Part shown: one piece after another, positions 50,008-62,569 of the stretch | Position numbering within the stretch: position 1 is the stretch's first letter | Layout of the letters: every line of letters starts with the position of its first letter | Notes under the pieces: generated by a model | Databases searched by the model: none | What the model saw: the letters and a program-made list of their open reading frames with translations, nothing else | Told to the model about the DNA's origin: nothing | Position numbers and translations under genes: made by a program | Assembly (NCBI RefSeq): GCF_963921235.1 | Contig: NC_086097.1 | Location: 158,846,001 to 158,910,000 of the forward strand | Length of the DNA stretch: 64,000 nt | Reading direction: 5' to 3' | Source: Mobula hypostoma | Taxonomy: Eukaryota

Positions 50008-50567
50008 AATAAGCTGGATAAAAAGGAAATACAGGTAGTCTGATTAGTCAGCTAGGCATTAGGATTGGAGTTGTTGATATTGAGAAACAACATCAAATGA
50101 TAGAAAATGAGATAAATCCATTGGAAATTTGGACAGAGAAATGGAAAATGGAGCTTAATCCAGACAGATTATCTTTGAGTGGTGGAGGCTGAGGGGGTAA
50201 AGTGATAGAAATATATAAAACTAAAGGAGCCATTGATAGGGCAGATAGTCAGAGTCTACTCCCAGGGCAGAAATGTTAAATTCCAGAAAGCTTCGAGAAA
50301 TTCTAGGAATCAGGTGGGAGGGGGAAAATTTAGGAAGAGGTGTGAGGTAGGTCTTTTCCACTGAGGGCAGTAGGTGTCTGGAACATGTTGCCAGGAGCTG
50401 GAGTAGAAGCAACATTTAAGAGACATTTTGACAGATACATGAATGTGTAGAAACTGGAATGATAGGGATGTGCAGGCAGATGGAATTGATTTAGATCAGC
50501 ATCATGGTTGGCATAGACATAGTAGCCAGCAGGGCCTATCCTCCTTCTATACTGATTCATGTTCTAT

Positions 50568-51385
50568 GTTTCAAAGGTACATTTAATGTCAGAGAAACGT
50601 ATACAGTATACATCCTGAAATCCTTTTTCTTCACAACCATCCACGAAAACAGAGGAATGCCCCAAAGAATGACTGACATTTAAATGTTAGAACTCCAAAG
50701 ACCCCACCAGCTCCCCCTCCCATGCATAAGGAGCAGTAAAGCAATGATTCCCCCTCCCCCACCAGCAAAAAAAAAGCATCAGCAGCCCCCAGCGAGCACT
50801 CAAGCATGCAGCAAAGTGTCAATAAAGACACAGACTTGCAGTACTGCAAAGACATCTTGTTCACCCAGTAATTCAACATACCACAGGCTTTCTCTCTCCC
50901 TAATAAGGCAAAAACAAGTGTCCCTGTTTCATAGCGAGAGGGGAGACATAACAAACAACTCCCTGATTTACGATTTAAAAAGTTCGTTGCGTTGCTTTTT
51001 CCGAGCTCTGTGCCCAAAGAACTTGAGTCTCTGGGCACGCAGCCAGCAGCCAGCTTGCTGCTTTTGATCCTCCATCTCCCACGACACTCTGATTTCCTGC
51101 GGAAACACCGACCTCAAGTCCGCCCGCCTCCGGAGCCCCAAAATCCCGGAGCCCTGAAGGTGCGCTAGTCTTCTAGACCGCATTCTTGGCATATCGAATA
51201 GCAGCCAGTCGTGAGACCCCAAGAGCGGGTCCCATTCCCGCAAAGAACTGAAGTCAATGTGTCACTCCAGGTCAGGGTCTTCAAAAGAACCCTGAAAGGG
51301 AAAATTAGAGATATTAAAGATAGAAATAGAGCTGTTTCTGGAGATGCAAGCAAAGGAGTTGCCGTTATGTGCCATCGTCCTCCTG
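50568..51385 (-). mobile_element. Non-coding element with a Rex/Babar-like 3' tail and a GC-rich 5' part
   Basis: Minus strand starts GGAGGACGATGGC and ends TTCTCTGACATTAAATGTACCTTTGAAAC. No RT coding. Confidence 0.55.
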
Positions 51386-51911
51386 AGCTCCAAATTTTGG
51401 GAGAACATTGCCTTTCCCATTCGTTGGCAAATTTTAATCAAATTTAATAAAGATAGTTCAAATGTAGGGAGCATATAAGTTATAAGCTGACAGGAAATAA
51501 CCAACTCAGCTTGCAGATCTGAAAAAGGTGAGTAATATTGTCTTGATTAGACGAGAAAGTTTTTAACTTTTGAAATATATTACTTCATTAGCATGTAAAT
51601 TTAAAATTGTTTGACTGAGTGATGTATGGTACTGCCATTTACCTCAGCAACATTGTCTTAATCCATCTCAGGTGTACAGGATTTGATCCTCCCTCTGTGA
51701 GTCATAATTCCATCAAAACACTTCCATTTATATGATACCTTTTATGCAGTCAGTTGCTTTGCCAAATCTCTGGAATAAAAATAGAAAATGCTGGGAAGAC
51801 TCAGCAGGTCAGGCAACATCTGTGGAAAAAGAAGCAGACATAACACTTCAGGTTGAGGACTGGGAAAGAGAGAAAACAAATAATTAAAAATCAAAAGACT
51901 AAAGATGAAAT

Positions 51912-52345
51912 AATTGGAATTGGTTTATTATTGTCACATGTACCATGTTGCAATGTAAAGCTTTTCCTGCGTACTTTTCATATAGATCAGATCATTACAC
52001 AGTGCATTGGAGTAGAACAAGGTAAAGCAATAACAATGCAGAACAAAGTGTAACAGCTACAGAGAACGTGCAGTGCAGATAAACAACAAGGTGCAAGGTC
52101 ATAATGAGGTAGATTGTGAGACCGTGAGTTCAATTTGTCAAATTAGGGAACTTGTTAATAGTCTTATAACTGCAGGGTAGAAGCTGTTGCTAGGTCTTGT
52201 GTTGCATGCTTTCAGGCTTGCTGGGAGGGGAAGAAGAGAGAATGTATGGTGTGGAAGGGGTCTTTGATTATGGTGGATGTTTTACTGAGAGGATAAACCC
52301 GTGGACAGCAGGCTGGTTTCTGTGATGTGCTGAGCTATGTTCACA
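51912..52345 (-). mobile_element. Rex1/Babar-type LINE 3' end, degraded
   Basis: ATTGGAATTGGTTTATTATTGTCACATGTACC tail and the GGGTAGAAGCTGTT motif typical of these 3' ends. Confidence 0.55.
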
Positions 52346-53669
52346 CAAGTAAATAATTGCAAGCACTCAGGATATCAGGAAAGAGAAGCAGAGTTATCTT
52401 TTCAGATTGAAGACTCTTTGTCAGAGAGGAACAGTTGCAGAAAGTGATGCAGAGATGGTAGGAAGAAATGGATAGAATCAAGTGAATATCTCTGACAGGG
52501 CGAGACAGGATTGCAGATGTGATAAGATATCAATGTAAACATCTAGGCTAAGGGGCGATGTTAGCGAGAAAGAACACACACAAAGAAACATATAAAAGAG
52601 TGCAATATATTCTGGGAAATGCCTAGCAAGTTAAGCACTGTCAGTAGAGAGAAAAAAGCCAAGCTAATGTTACAGGTAGTTGACTTACTGAAGAGAAAGA
52701 TCATTTACCTGAAATGGTTGACTTTGACATTCTGTCAAAAAGGCTGCCCAGACAGAATATAAGATGCTGTTTCTCCCTTTATGTTAAATCTCATTACAAC
52801 AGTCCACAAGGCTACAGGTAGATGAATTGGAGTGGAATAAAGAATTAAAGTGACAGATGATGGAATTTCGGAGTCACCCCAGTGGATTAAACACAGGTCC
52901 TCCACCAAGCAGTCACCCACTCCGCACTTTCAAGTATCAGGAATACTCTTGGAACAAAGGCAGGAAAAGAGTTAGTGTTGGAGGAAGATTTGAAAGTAGT
53001 AGCCAGTGGAGTGAAATTGAGAATGTACTGTGTAGAAATATGACAACTCTACTACCAAGGACTGAAGGTAGGGTACTGCGGCAAAGGACTGCCAAGTGAC
53101 AAAAAGACTCCCAGATCTCCCACCCCTTCCAGCTGACGTGAGGACTGTAAGTGCCCCTAGTTCTTAAGGGAGTCCCACTTCATGTTACTTTCATGGCCTA
53201 GTTCTGAAGGTGCCTTCCAATGCTATGCATGATCCCCAGAGACTCCCAGTGCAGATTTTTGACACTTGAGTGCCTCCCAACGTGGACCAAGCCATCCTTT
53301 TGATCATTGCTGGGTTCAGTGCTTGATCCCAGCAGTTCACATTTCCAATTTGCTGATGTAAGAAATCTAGGTGAGTCTGCTAGTAGTGAAGAAGATCTTA
53401 AAGAGTCTTCAACAGGATGGGGACAAGTAAATGAGTGAACAAGTACATGGCAGATGCAATATGACAGGAAAGATGTGAGATCATCTCTTTGGCGCACAAA
53501 ATATTAAAACAGTGTATTTTTAAATGATGATCAGCAAATGTTGATGTTCGAAATGGGTGCCCTCATTCATAAGTCACTGTAAGCTGAAATACAGTTGAAC
53601 CAAACAGTCAGGAGTACAAAAACATTTAAATACAGCAGGAAAGATGTTTTGCTGCTATTGGTGCTGCTG

Positions 53670-54320
53670 TCACCCGCTTCTCACCCATTTCTTGAACATC
53701 CGTGCTCGCCCAATCTTCCTATTGTCTTAACAGTGATAGAGTTCCTCGTCCTTACCTACCACCCCATGAGCCTCTGCATCTAATACATCATCCTGCACAG
53801 CTTCTGCCATCTCCAAAGGGATTTTACCACCAAACATGTCTTTACCTTACCCCCCTCCCCACCGCTTTGCATTCCGCAGGGATCCCGCCATCTCTAAACC
53901 CTTGTATATTCATCCCTTGCCCACTAATCTTCCCCGCAGCACTTATCCATTTAAATAGCCGAAGTGCTATACTTGCCCATTCAATTCCTTCTTTACCCCA
54001 AAGAGTCCCCCCAAGTGAGGCAATACTTCACCTGCTAAACTGCTGGGGTCATCTATTACGTCTGGTGCTCCCAATGCGGCCTCCTCTACATTGGTGACCC
54101 ATTGTAAATTGGGGGATGGCTTCATTGAGCATTTCTGCTCCACCCGCCAAAATTGGGACTTCCTGCTTGCCAAACATTTTAATTTCGATTTCCATTCCCA
54201 TTCCAACATGTTGGTCCATGGCCTTCTCTTCTGCCAAGATGAGGCCACCCTCAGAGTGAAAGACCAACACCTTAGATTGTAGAATCCATGCTATTAACAT
54301 GATTTTCACTTCTCCAGCCT
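53670..54320 (+). mobile_element. Penelope-like element endonuclease region (GIY-YIG), decayed
   Basis: FTC...VIYYVWCSQCGLLYIG-type remnant at about 54025-54095, then LAKHFNFDFHSHSNMLVHGLLFCQDEATLRV. Confidence 0.8.
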
Positions 54321-55151
54321 TGCAATTTCACCATATCTGCTGTGGTAGTGGGACCAGAGAGATAGTTTCTAATCCATTATACAAGAGGCAGCTTCAGGTT
54401 TTCATTTGACAACTTCATTAAGAATGTTAATGTGTTTGAGCTACTATAGAAAATAAATTAGAAACTTCAGGCTTATTTTTTGTTTTATTTCCAGTGAGTA
54501 AATGAAATCCTTGTGCGATTAAGCAAGTGCAACAGGCATGCAAACGGGGAAAGTCAATCAACTTTAGAAGCAAAAATAGATTAAAATTCGGGCAGGACAC
54601 TCCTGAGAGCTCATTACAAATTAGAACCTTTATTTTCCCCCTCTTTGTAGGTGTTCATTTATCAGCCATACAGTATAAATTGGAGCACAGAATGTGAAAC
54701 TAAAATAGTAATGATAAATATTTCTGTGCAATTAGTCAGCCCATTGAACACTATTTGGAACTGGAATAAAGAAAGAACATTGTTGATACCCAAGAGCAAT
54801 CAGCATATTTCACTAGAATTAGGCAGGAAATAAGGCACTGGTGCAAGGATGCTTAAAGTACTGGAATTAATTTCTACAGAGTAATGATAAATGAGAGGAG
54901 ATTTTCTCTCATTTTAGAAATCTTTTAAAGCTTTTAAAAATTAAAGTTTTAATGAACTGAATATGCTATTTCCTCTGCTTGAGGTGTCAATATCAAGGAG
55001 TGAAGGACCCCTCAACTATCAGGCTCTTGAACCAAAGAGGATAACTACACTCAGCTTTACATGCCCATCACTGAAATGTTCCCACAACCTATGTGACTCA
55101 CTTTCAGGGACTCTTCATTTCATGCTCTTGTTACTTATTGTTTAGATTTTT

Positions 55152-55846
55152 TTTTAGATTATGAGAACACTCAGTGCTCTTTTTATTGTCATTTGGAAAT
55201 GCAAACATGCATTAAGAAATGATACAATATTTCTCCGGAGTGATATCACAGAAAGCAGGACAAACCAAAGGCTAACACTGACAGAACCATATAATTATAA
55301 CATATAGCTACAGCAGTGCAAAGCAATACCATAATTTGATGAAGAACAAACCATAAGCATGGTAAATAAAGTCTCAAAAGACCTGAGTCCCCGATAGCAG
55401 GAGGCAAAAGGGAGAAACTCCCTGCCATAAACCTCCAGGCACCATCAACTTGCCGATGCCTTGGAAGCAGCTGACCACAGCCGACAGTGAGTCCATCCGT
55501 CCGAAAACTTCGAGCTTCCAACCAGCCTCTCCGATACAGCCTCCCGAGCACCATCCTCTGCCGAGCGCCTTCGACCTCATCCTGGCCGCTGAAACACGCA
55601 AAGCTGAGGATTTCGGGGCCTTCTGCTCTGGAGATTCGGGTTACCACACAGTAGCAGCGGCAGCGAAGTGGGCATTTCAGAAGTTTTCCTCCGTTCTAAC
55701 ACATGCAGGATGCAGGATGTTCCTCCGTGCTCTCACGTCTGTCTCCATCAAATCAGAATTGTGCAGGGTTCCCTACTTGACAAATAACAGACATCATCAC
55801 CGAAGTGGCCGGGCATGCTGCCGTCGCGCTGCCATCTTCTCCTCCC
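55152..55846 (-). mobile_element. Non-coding element (5' AGAAGATGGC; 3' GACAATAAAAAGAG..CTCATAATCT) inserted into a Rex/Babar 3' UTR spanning about 54995-56070
   Basis: The host 3' UTR is similar to 60180-60480 and is split at 55145/55847. Confidence 0.6.
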
Positions 55847-57824
55847 TCATTTATTCATTGTTATTATTTCTTTCTGTATTTGCACAGTTTGTTTTATTTT
55901 GCATACTGGTTGAATGCCCAGTTTGGTGCAGTCTTTCATTGATTCTGTTATGGTTATTATTCTATGCATTTATTGAGTATGCCGGCAACAAAATTAATCT
56001 CAGAGTTGTATATGGTGACATTTACATTATGTACTTTTTTAATAAACTTACTATGAACTTTTGAACTTTGAGGGTGTCATCAATTCGGACTGACAACAGA
56101 GGATGAGAAGAAGGACTAGGAGAAATTTCATTATGAAGCAAGTTTCTTGGACAGTGTATCTTTTAAGGGATAAATAGTTGAACAGGAGAAGCCAGGTCAA
56201 CAAGCAGGACAATGAGTTTAGTTCTGTATTGCATTGAAGTTTGAATAGCTGCTGAGAAATTGGACCCATTTATGCATGTTTGATACACAGAATAATTTTG
56301 CGTATGTTAGAATAGGACAAAAATAATTTGAGTTGATTAGGAAATGGTCACTGACAGTACAAGGTGGAATTTATCTTACTCATGCCCAAGTTTTCCCTGG
56401 TTCAGTCAAGCTAATGATGTCAATGGTCGCATTCCTAGCTTTGACAGAAATTGCAGGTTTGGAGAAACAATTATTCATTGAACAAAAACGAATTCTTGCC
56501 TTGTGATTCAGGAGTAAGACATAATGAATCTATTCTCTCACCATGCAGGTGTTACACACATCTCCTAACCTCATTGTTCGATGGCTATATAATGTTTAAT
56601 AAGTCTCTGTTCACAGTCAGTAATGCAACCCATCATGTGCTAATTAACTCTGAGAAACAAGCAGTTCAGACCACTTATTGCTTGGGAGTCACTCAGCCAG
56701 TTCACCACATTGAGAGGTTTAGAATGTAGATGGAGATAGGGGTTACTCAGACTACCTTTCATATTGTTCTTTCTGAGTTTCAGAGGGTTTTTCCTAAAGC
56801 ATTACTCAGAGAGGGTGTAGCTCAAGCCACCTGGGCACAGAATGAAGGAAGAAGCTTTGGTCTTCCCATATTTCTTCTTTGCCAAGGAACAGGGTGAAAA
56901 ATTGGATTGTTTGAGGTAAAACATTTGAGAGATGAATTGTCACCAAGCAGCTGATGCATTCTTATAGTTAACTGGATATCAGTATTGAAATTCAACTGCT
57001 ATAAGTGACTGGTAATAGCTGTTAAAAGGGAGAGAAAATGGAGGGAATTCATTTCCACAGTGAAGAAAGTACTAAATCTGTCTCTTGGATGAAGGCTTGA
57101 GATACCGTCGGAAATTCACTCTTGTTTTCTCAGCTTGGAAATAAATGAAAGGAATAGCATTTATTAAGTTACAAGTGCATGTCAGGTGTTGTGTATCTTT
57201 ATGTATGAGGCCAGAGTCAACTGTCCCCAATTAAAATAAACAGATAAACCCTGCCTTTACTGGTAATATTACTGTTGCTATTTCCAATGAACTGGGTCTG
57301 GGTCTTGAATGAAGCCAGCTACTGAAGTTAATTTACTGAATATCTCATCCTGTTCTTTCTGATGTTTATTGGTAATGATCATGAGAAATCTGTACAAATT
57401 ATAGGACTGTTGGCAGCAACAATAGAACAAAAAAATTAAAAGTAACACAACTTGGATTGATTCTTCATGTCACTTACTGTAACTCACTTGGTGAAATTAC
57501 TCTAAGGCTTATTATTGTATATTTAAAACTTCTACAATTTTGTAAGTGATTGAATAACTGATTTCTCCCAGTGCAACTATTTAAAATATGTAATGAAGCA
57601 GCCTGCAGATCTGAATTAACAGTGTACTGCAATTTGATCCCACTTCACAGGAGGACAACATATAACTCATTGGAGCTCAGGCAATTCCAATAAAATCTGA
57701 GAATTTCAAAACTGCTCTACTGAGGAATTTCTTAAATACTTCTCTAAATGTTGTTAGGCAAACCCAAAGGGTTGGAAATGACTTGCTTCCACTCTAGTTC
57801 TGCAGGTGACAAGGCTGATATGTC

Positions 57825-58188
57825 CTTTTCGGGATCAGCAGGTGTTCCAGCAAAGAAAGGTGTCTGCAAGGGAGTGCTGCCAGCTGGCGCATTCCAAGTT
57901 GCGGGAGTATGTGTTAGGAGACATACTACAGTTCAGTCCAGCCAGCAGAAAGATTCTGTCAGGAAGGACCACAGAACCACACATGGAGGCTCTGAGTCAA
58001 ATGGGGAAGCCCCTCAACCATTGAAATTGTATATTACCCCGGGGGAGCCCAAGTGACAAAGAAGATATGGTTCTGAAAATATGTTAACATTACTGAATGT
58101 ATTGACTAAAAACGTAACAGTTTTGTCTGATTTCTTCATTTGTATATTTTTCATTATGAATAAAGTTTATCTTCAAAATTAAAAAAAT
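57825..58188 (+). mobile_element. L1/Tx1-type LINE 3' end
   Basis: VFQQRKVSARECCQLAHSKLREYVLGD C-terminal peptide, then AATAAA and an A-rich end. Confidence 0.65.
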
Positions 58189-58629
58189 CTGCAGACTTAC
58201 AGGAGATGTTTGACAGGTCAGTCTTGCGAATTGTGTGTTCCTCCCCTTGTGTGTACACAGCTTCTACAAGTTTATTACCATCCTGAATACTCCACCTCCA
58301 AGAAGGCAAGCCAGGCATTCCCATGAATCAATGAGTTTGTTACGTATTTCGAAGAGAGCTTTTGAGACAGTCCCTAAAGTGTCCTCTCTATCCTCCAGCA
58401 GATCTGTTGCCTTGGTGGAGCTCAAATTAGAATGTGAGTGCTAGAACTCGTTGGTCAGTGTTGTGGACAGTACAGATTTGCCATTGGAATTGACTGAGAA
58501 TAATTGGAGCTGCTGTGTTAAGGATATTTCCCCATGAGTGGATGATGGGGAAACTTACCTTGATAAAAATTTCAGATAATATTCAGAAGCGGTATTGCTG
58601 GTACATAAGGGCTAAAGGGAAAAGGGATG

Positions 58630-59005
58630 GAAGTTTAAAACTTACGAGAGCCATAGATAGGAATAGCTCTTTTCCCTGAGTCAGAATCTTTTCCCTGGGG
58701 TGGAAATGTCAGATACTAGAGGGCACAGGATTAAGTCTAGAGGAGAAAAGTTTAAAGGAGATGTGCTGAGCTAGTTTTTCTCCCCCACACAGAGAACAGT
58801 AGATCCCTGAACAGAGGTGGTGATGGAATCAGATATAATAGATGCTTTTAACAGGCTGTTAGATGGATGCAAGAATATGCATAAGGTGAAGGTATATGTG
58901 TCAAGTACAGACCGAAAAGATTTAGTTTAATTTGGCTGTGCATTTTGCACAGACATTGTGTGCCGAAGGGCCTGTTCCTGTGCTGTACCATTTTATCTTT
59001 TATGC
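58630..59005 (+). mobile_element. CR1 3' fragment, degraded
   Basis: ACTAGAGGGCACAGG...CCGAAGGGCCTGTTCCTGTGCTGTAC. Confidence 0.7.
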
Positions 59006-59744
59006 ATTGTAATTCAATGATTGATAGGACAATCTGATGACATTACCTATTTTCCTGCAGAAAAATTCCACATTGATATTTGATCTCACTGCATCTAAAG
59101 ACAATATTATTAAGGCATATTAACAAATCAAAAAAAATTTACATACCAATGGAATTTCTCAACATTTCTTTCAAAAATCTAAGTAGGTTTTGTCACTATT
59201 GTAAAACTAAGTGACAATTTGACTTTTCTATTCACAAAAGTCATACGTCTTGCTCTCTGTCTTCTTGTTGCAACTCCGTTTAGCTCAGGGGCATAGTTAT
59301 CACAGTCACTAGATATATTCTCCTATCGCATCTGAACTAAATTGTTCCTTACGTTATCTCAAATATATATTAATGGCCTTGACTTGATTTTTTGTGGCTT
59401 AAGACCACATTAGTCTTTTGAATCCTGAGGGCAATATTTCTACTTAGAAGCTTTGAAACACAGGAATTCATTATTTTGAATAAATTGCTGTTAAGAAAAC
59501 AAAATGAGCATTCATCTCAATGACAATAGAATAACAGTAAGGTTAACATCACAAGTGATGTTTGTTCCTTTGTGTATTCTTATCTGGAAGCTCTGTGTTC
59601 TAGTTAATTATTGAGCTTCACAAATTTGGAATGAATTTTGTTCTTTACCATTATCAAAACAGTTTTCACAATACAGATCACTATTTAGAAGGCGTTGTGT
59701 CTATTCAGCACAACTGGCTCATTGGCCCTACGTGTTCTCATTAC

Positions 59745-60480
59745 AAGTTAATTATTGACTTCAGGAGGAGGAATCCGGAAGCCCATGAGCCTGTCCTCAT
59801 TGGAAGATCAAAGGTGGGGAGGGTCAGCAACTTTGAATTCCTCAGTGTTATCATTTAAGAGGACCTGTCCTAGGCCCAAGCAAGTAAGTGCAATTATGAA
59901 GAAAGCACAGCAGTGCCTCTACTTCTTTAGAAGTTTGCAAAGGTTCAATATAACGTCTAAATCTTTGACAAACTTCTATAGATGTGTGATGGAGACACTG
60001 GTTGCATCACAGCCTTGTGTGGAAACACCAATGCCTTTGAATGGAAAATGCTACAAAGAGTAGTGAATAAGGCCCAGTCCATCCTGGGTAAAACCCTCCC
60101 ACCATTGAACACATCTGTCACAGGAAAGCAGCATCCATTATCAGGGACCTCCACTACCCAGGTCATGTTCTCTTTTCAGGCTCGTGAACTAGAGGGATTA
60201 ATTTTGCTCAATTTCACTTGCCCACAGTGAACTGTTCCCACAACCTATGGGCTTACTTTCAAGGAATCTTTATCTCATGTTCTCAATATTATTTATTTAT
60301 TTTCTACTTGCCCAGTTTGTTGTCTTTTGCACATTGTTCGTTTGCCTCATTGGGCATAGTCTTTCATTGCTTCTCTTATGGTCCTTACATTTACTGAACA
60401 TCCCCGCAAGAAAATGAATCTCAGGGTTGTATACGGTGTTGGAAATGTACTTCTATAATACGTTTACTTTCAACTTTAAC
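59745..60480 (+). mobile_element. Rex1/Babar LINE 3' fragment, degraded
   Basis: LIIDFRR...FEFLSV and KKAQQCLYFFRSLQRF...LTNFYRC. Confidence 0.8.
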
Positions 60481-61670
60481 CTTTTAAAAGTAGTAAGTAT
60501 TCACTTCACTTAATCTTAAAAAATAACAAGCCTTCTAATTTTTGCATCTTAAATCAAAGTACACAGATAAATACAAGCAAATGGCATGGTTTTTGTGGGG
60601 AAACTTATCATTCCCACCCCTCCCATAGTGCCATTCCTGTGTATTTGAACAAGGTTTAATTGACCAGAGACATAGGTTCACAAATATGGCTCATCCATCA
60701 GGGCCAAACATGTATAGTTTCTGTGCTCTGACTACAGACCTGACTCTACATTTATTTCTTTGGACCAATCTGTCAAATCACATCTCTAGTGGCTGACTCC
60801 TTGTACATTGAATAATATGGGAAAATCAGTTATTGTATAGTTGCATAGTTGTGAAAGGTTTCATTATGTTGTCTTAAATTCTGAAGCCTTTTTTTTCAGG
60901 ATGAAAGCATCACTGTGCAGACATTTAATACCCATCCTCATCTGCCTATGAAAACAGTAGTTTGTTGGGCCATTTTAACTGACTTTTGAGAGAAAACAAC
61001 ATTGTTGTAGTTCTCTTTATACCATTATGATATTGACATAGTACAGCATACTGTAACCTAAAAGCTTACCTTGCTGACTCATCCATTCAAGGCCCATGGT
61101 CAATAGTTCGATGCTGTTGACCAGTCATGAAATCTTTGATAATGAAACTGATAAAGGAGGTTTGGATAAATTGGATAGGGTGGCCTTCTCTAATCCAGGA
61201 GCAGGCAGCGCTCTGAAAAGCTATCCATTTTGGATCTTAATGTCAATGTCTTCATGATTTACTATACAACCCGAAATATAATCCTAGTCTTAGTTTCCTT
61301 ATTTTTAAAGAAAGAGCCGTTCTGACAGCCCTCCCTACAAGATATGCTGCAACCTCTATAACATTCCTTCCTATCTTGTAACCATTCTGCAAATTAACCC
61401 ATGCTTTCAATGCCTTGAGCACTCAAATACTCTCCTAACCTGTTTCCTTTGCTTCACTTTGCCCATCATTTTTCCAAGTTAAAGAAGGTGTAATCACTTG
61501 TGATATTACGGCTATTTCCTTCCATAAACTAGTCTTTGATAGCCCCAATAGGCTGGCATCTATACACTGATGAGCAGTGATCTAACTGTGGGAAACTATT
61601 GTGTTAAAGTGTCCCAGAGCAACTAGCCTATTAATTAGCAATGATGGGTCTTTCAGAAGCTATTACGTAC

Positions 61671-61718
61671 CTGGCTGTTGACAGGTTTCTTCAATCATTT
61701 CCAGTGCTTGAATAAAGT
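61671..61718 (-). CDS. Candidate 48-nt host-gene exon (DFIQALEMIEETCQQP)
   Basis: Strong acceptor TTTTTACTTGCTTTACCCTGTTCACAG and donor CAG|GTACGT. Symmetric phase 1, open frame. Gene not recognised. Confidence 0.55.
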
Positions 61719-61930
61719 CTGTGAACAGGGTAAAGCAAGTAAAAAGCAGCACAAATATCCTAACACTGATTCGCACAAAGGCTGTGAAAAGAGAAATAAA
61801 CTTCCCACTATTATTAGGAAAAGTAAGAAAATGTATTGCTGATTTAACTAATTGTTTTATGGCCAGAAAAATGATAGTGAAAACTAAGCTATAGAAAATT
61901 TCATTTATGAAAAATGGGTAGAATATAATG

Positions 61931-62024
61931 ACGAAGGGTCTCGGCCTGAAACATCGACTGTACCTCTTACTAGAGATGCTGCCTGGCCTGCTGCGTTCAC
62001 CAGCAACTTTGATGTGTGTTGCTG
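61931..62024 (+). mobile_element. 94-bp Penelope-like 3' terminus with a 10-bp TSD
   Basis: GAATATAATG at 61921-61930 and 62025-62034. Same young subfamily as 40396-40606 (CTGCGTTCACCAGCAACTTTGATG). Starts inside the hammerhead core. Confidence 0.88.
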
Positions 62025-62569
62025 GAATATAATGTTGGACAGTTGATCTGTTTTTATCCATTTGGTGCTACCAGCCAAAACCAATTTCACCACTTTATCA
62101 TAAGAGATGGAGGAAATTAATAGTGGACCATTATTCCAGGAGAGAGGAAATAAATGATGTAAGTGTGTCTTTAATTCAATTACACAACCTTTCAAAACTA
62201 TCCTTATTGGAAGTTAAAAACCAAAACCAAGCATGAAAATAATTTAAAGAGTCAATGTAATGGGCAGACAGTCGGGGATTTGGCGTCTCTGTTACAATAA
62301 TCCTAATATACAAAACTCTGTGTTTATCATAAGCCCTTTTTTTCCATACACATTATGATTAATCTATGCCCAGAAGGATTTACAAACAAGGATGTTTGTG
62401 AATGCTGTTGCATTTAAAAGTACACAAGGTACGTGCAAGATTAAGAAAGGGTCAGAAGGCAGTGGAGGCCAAATCAGATGTTTAAACCAGATGTTCATAG
62501 GTTTTTCATTATAAGAGTGGCAAAGATTACAGGGAGAAGGATGGAAAATGGAGCTGAGAGGGAGAATAA

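Noticed and set aside
55450..56064. 204-aa plus-strand ORF
   Set aside because: It spans the junction of two repeats and has no recognisable domain.
61066..61120. Minus-strand donor AAG|GTAAGC as a further exon
   Set aside because: No convincing acceptor giving a frame compatible with the 48-nt candidate exon.
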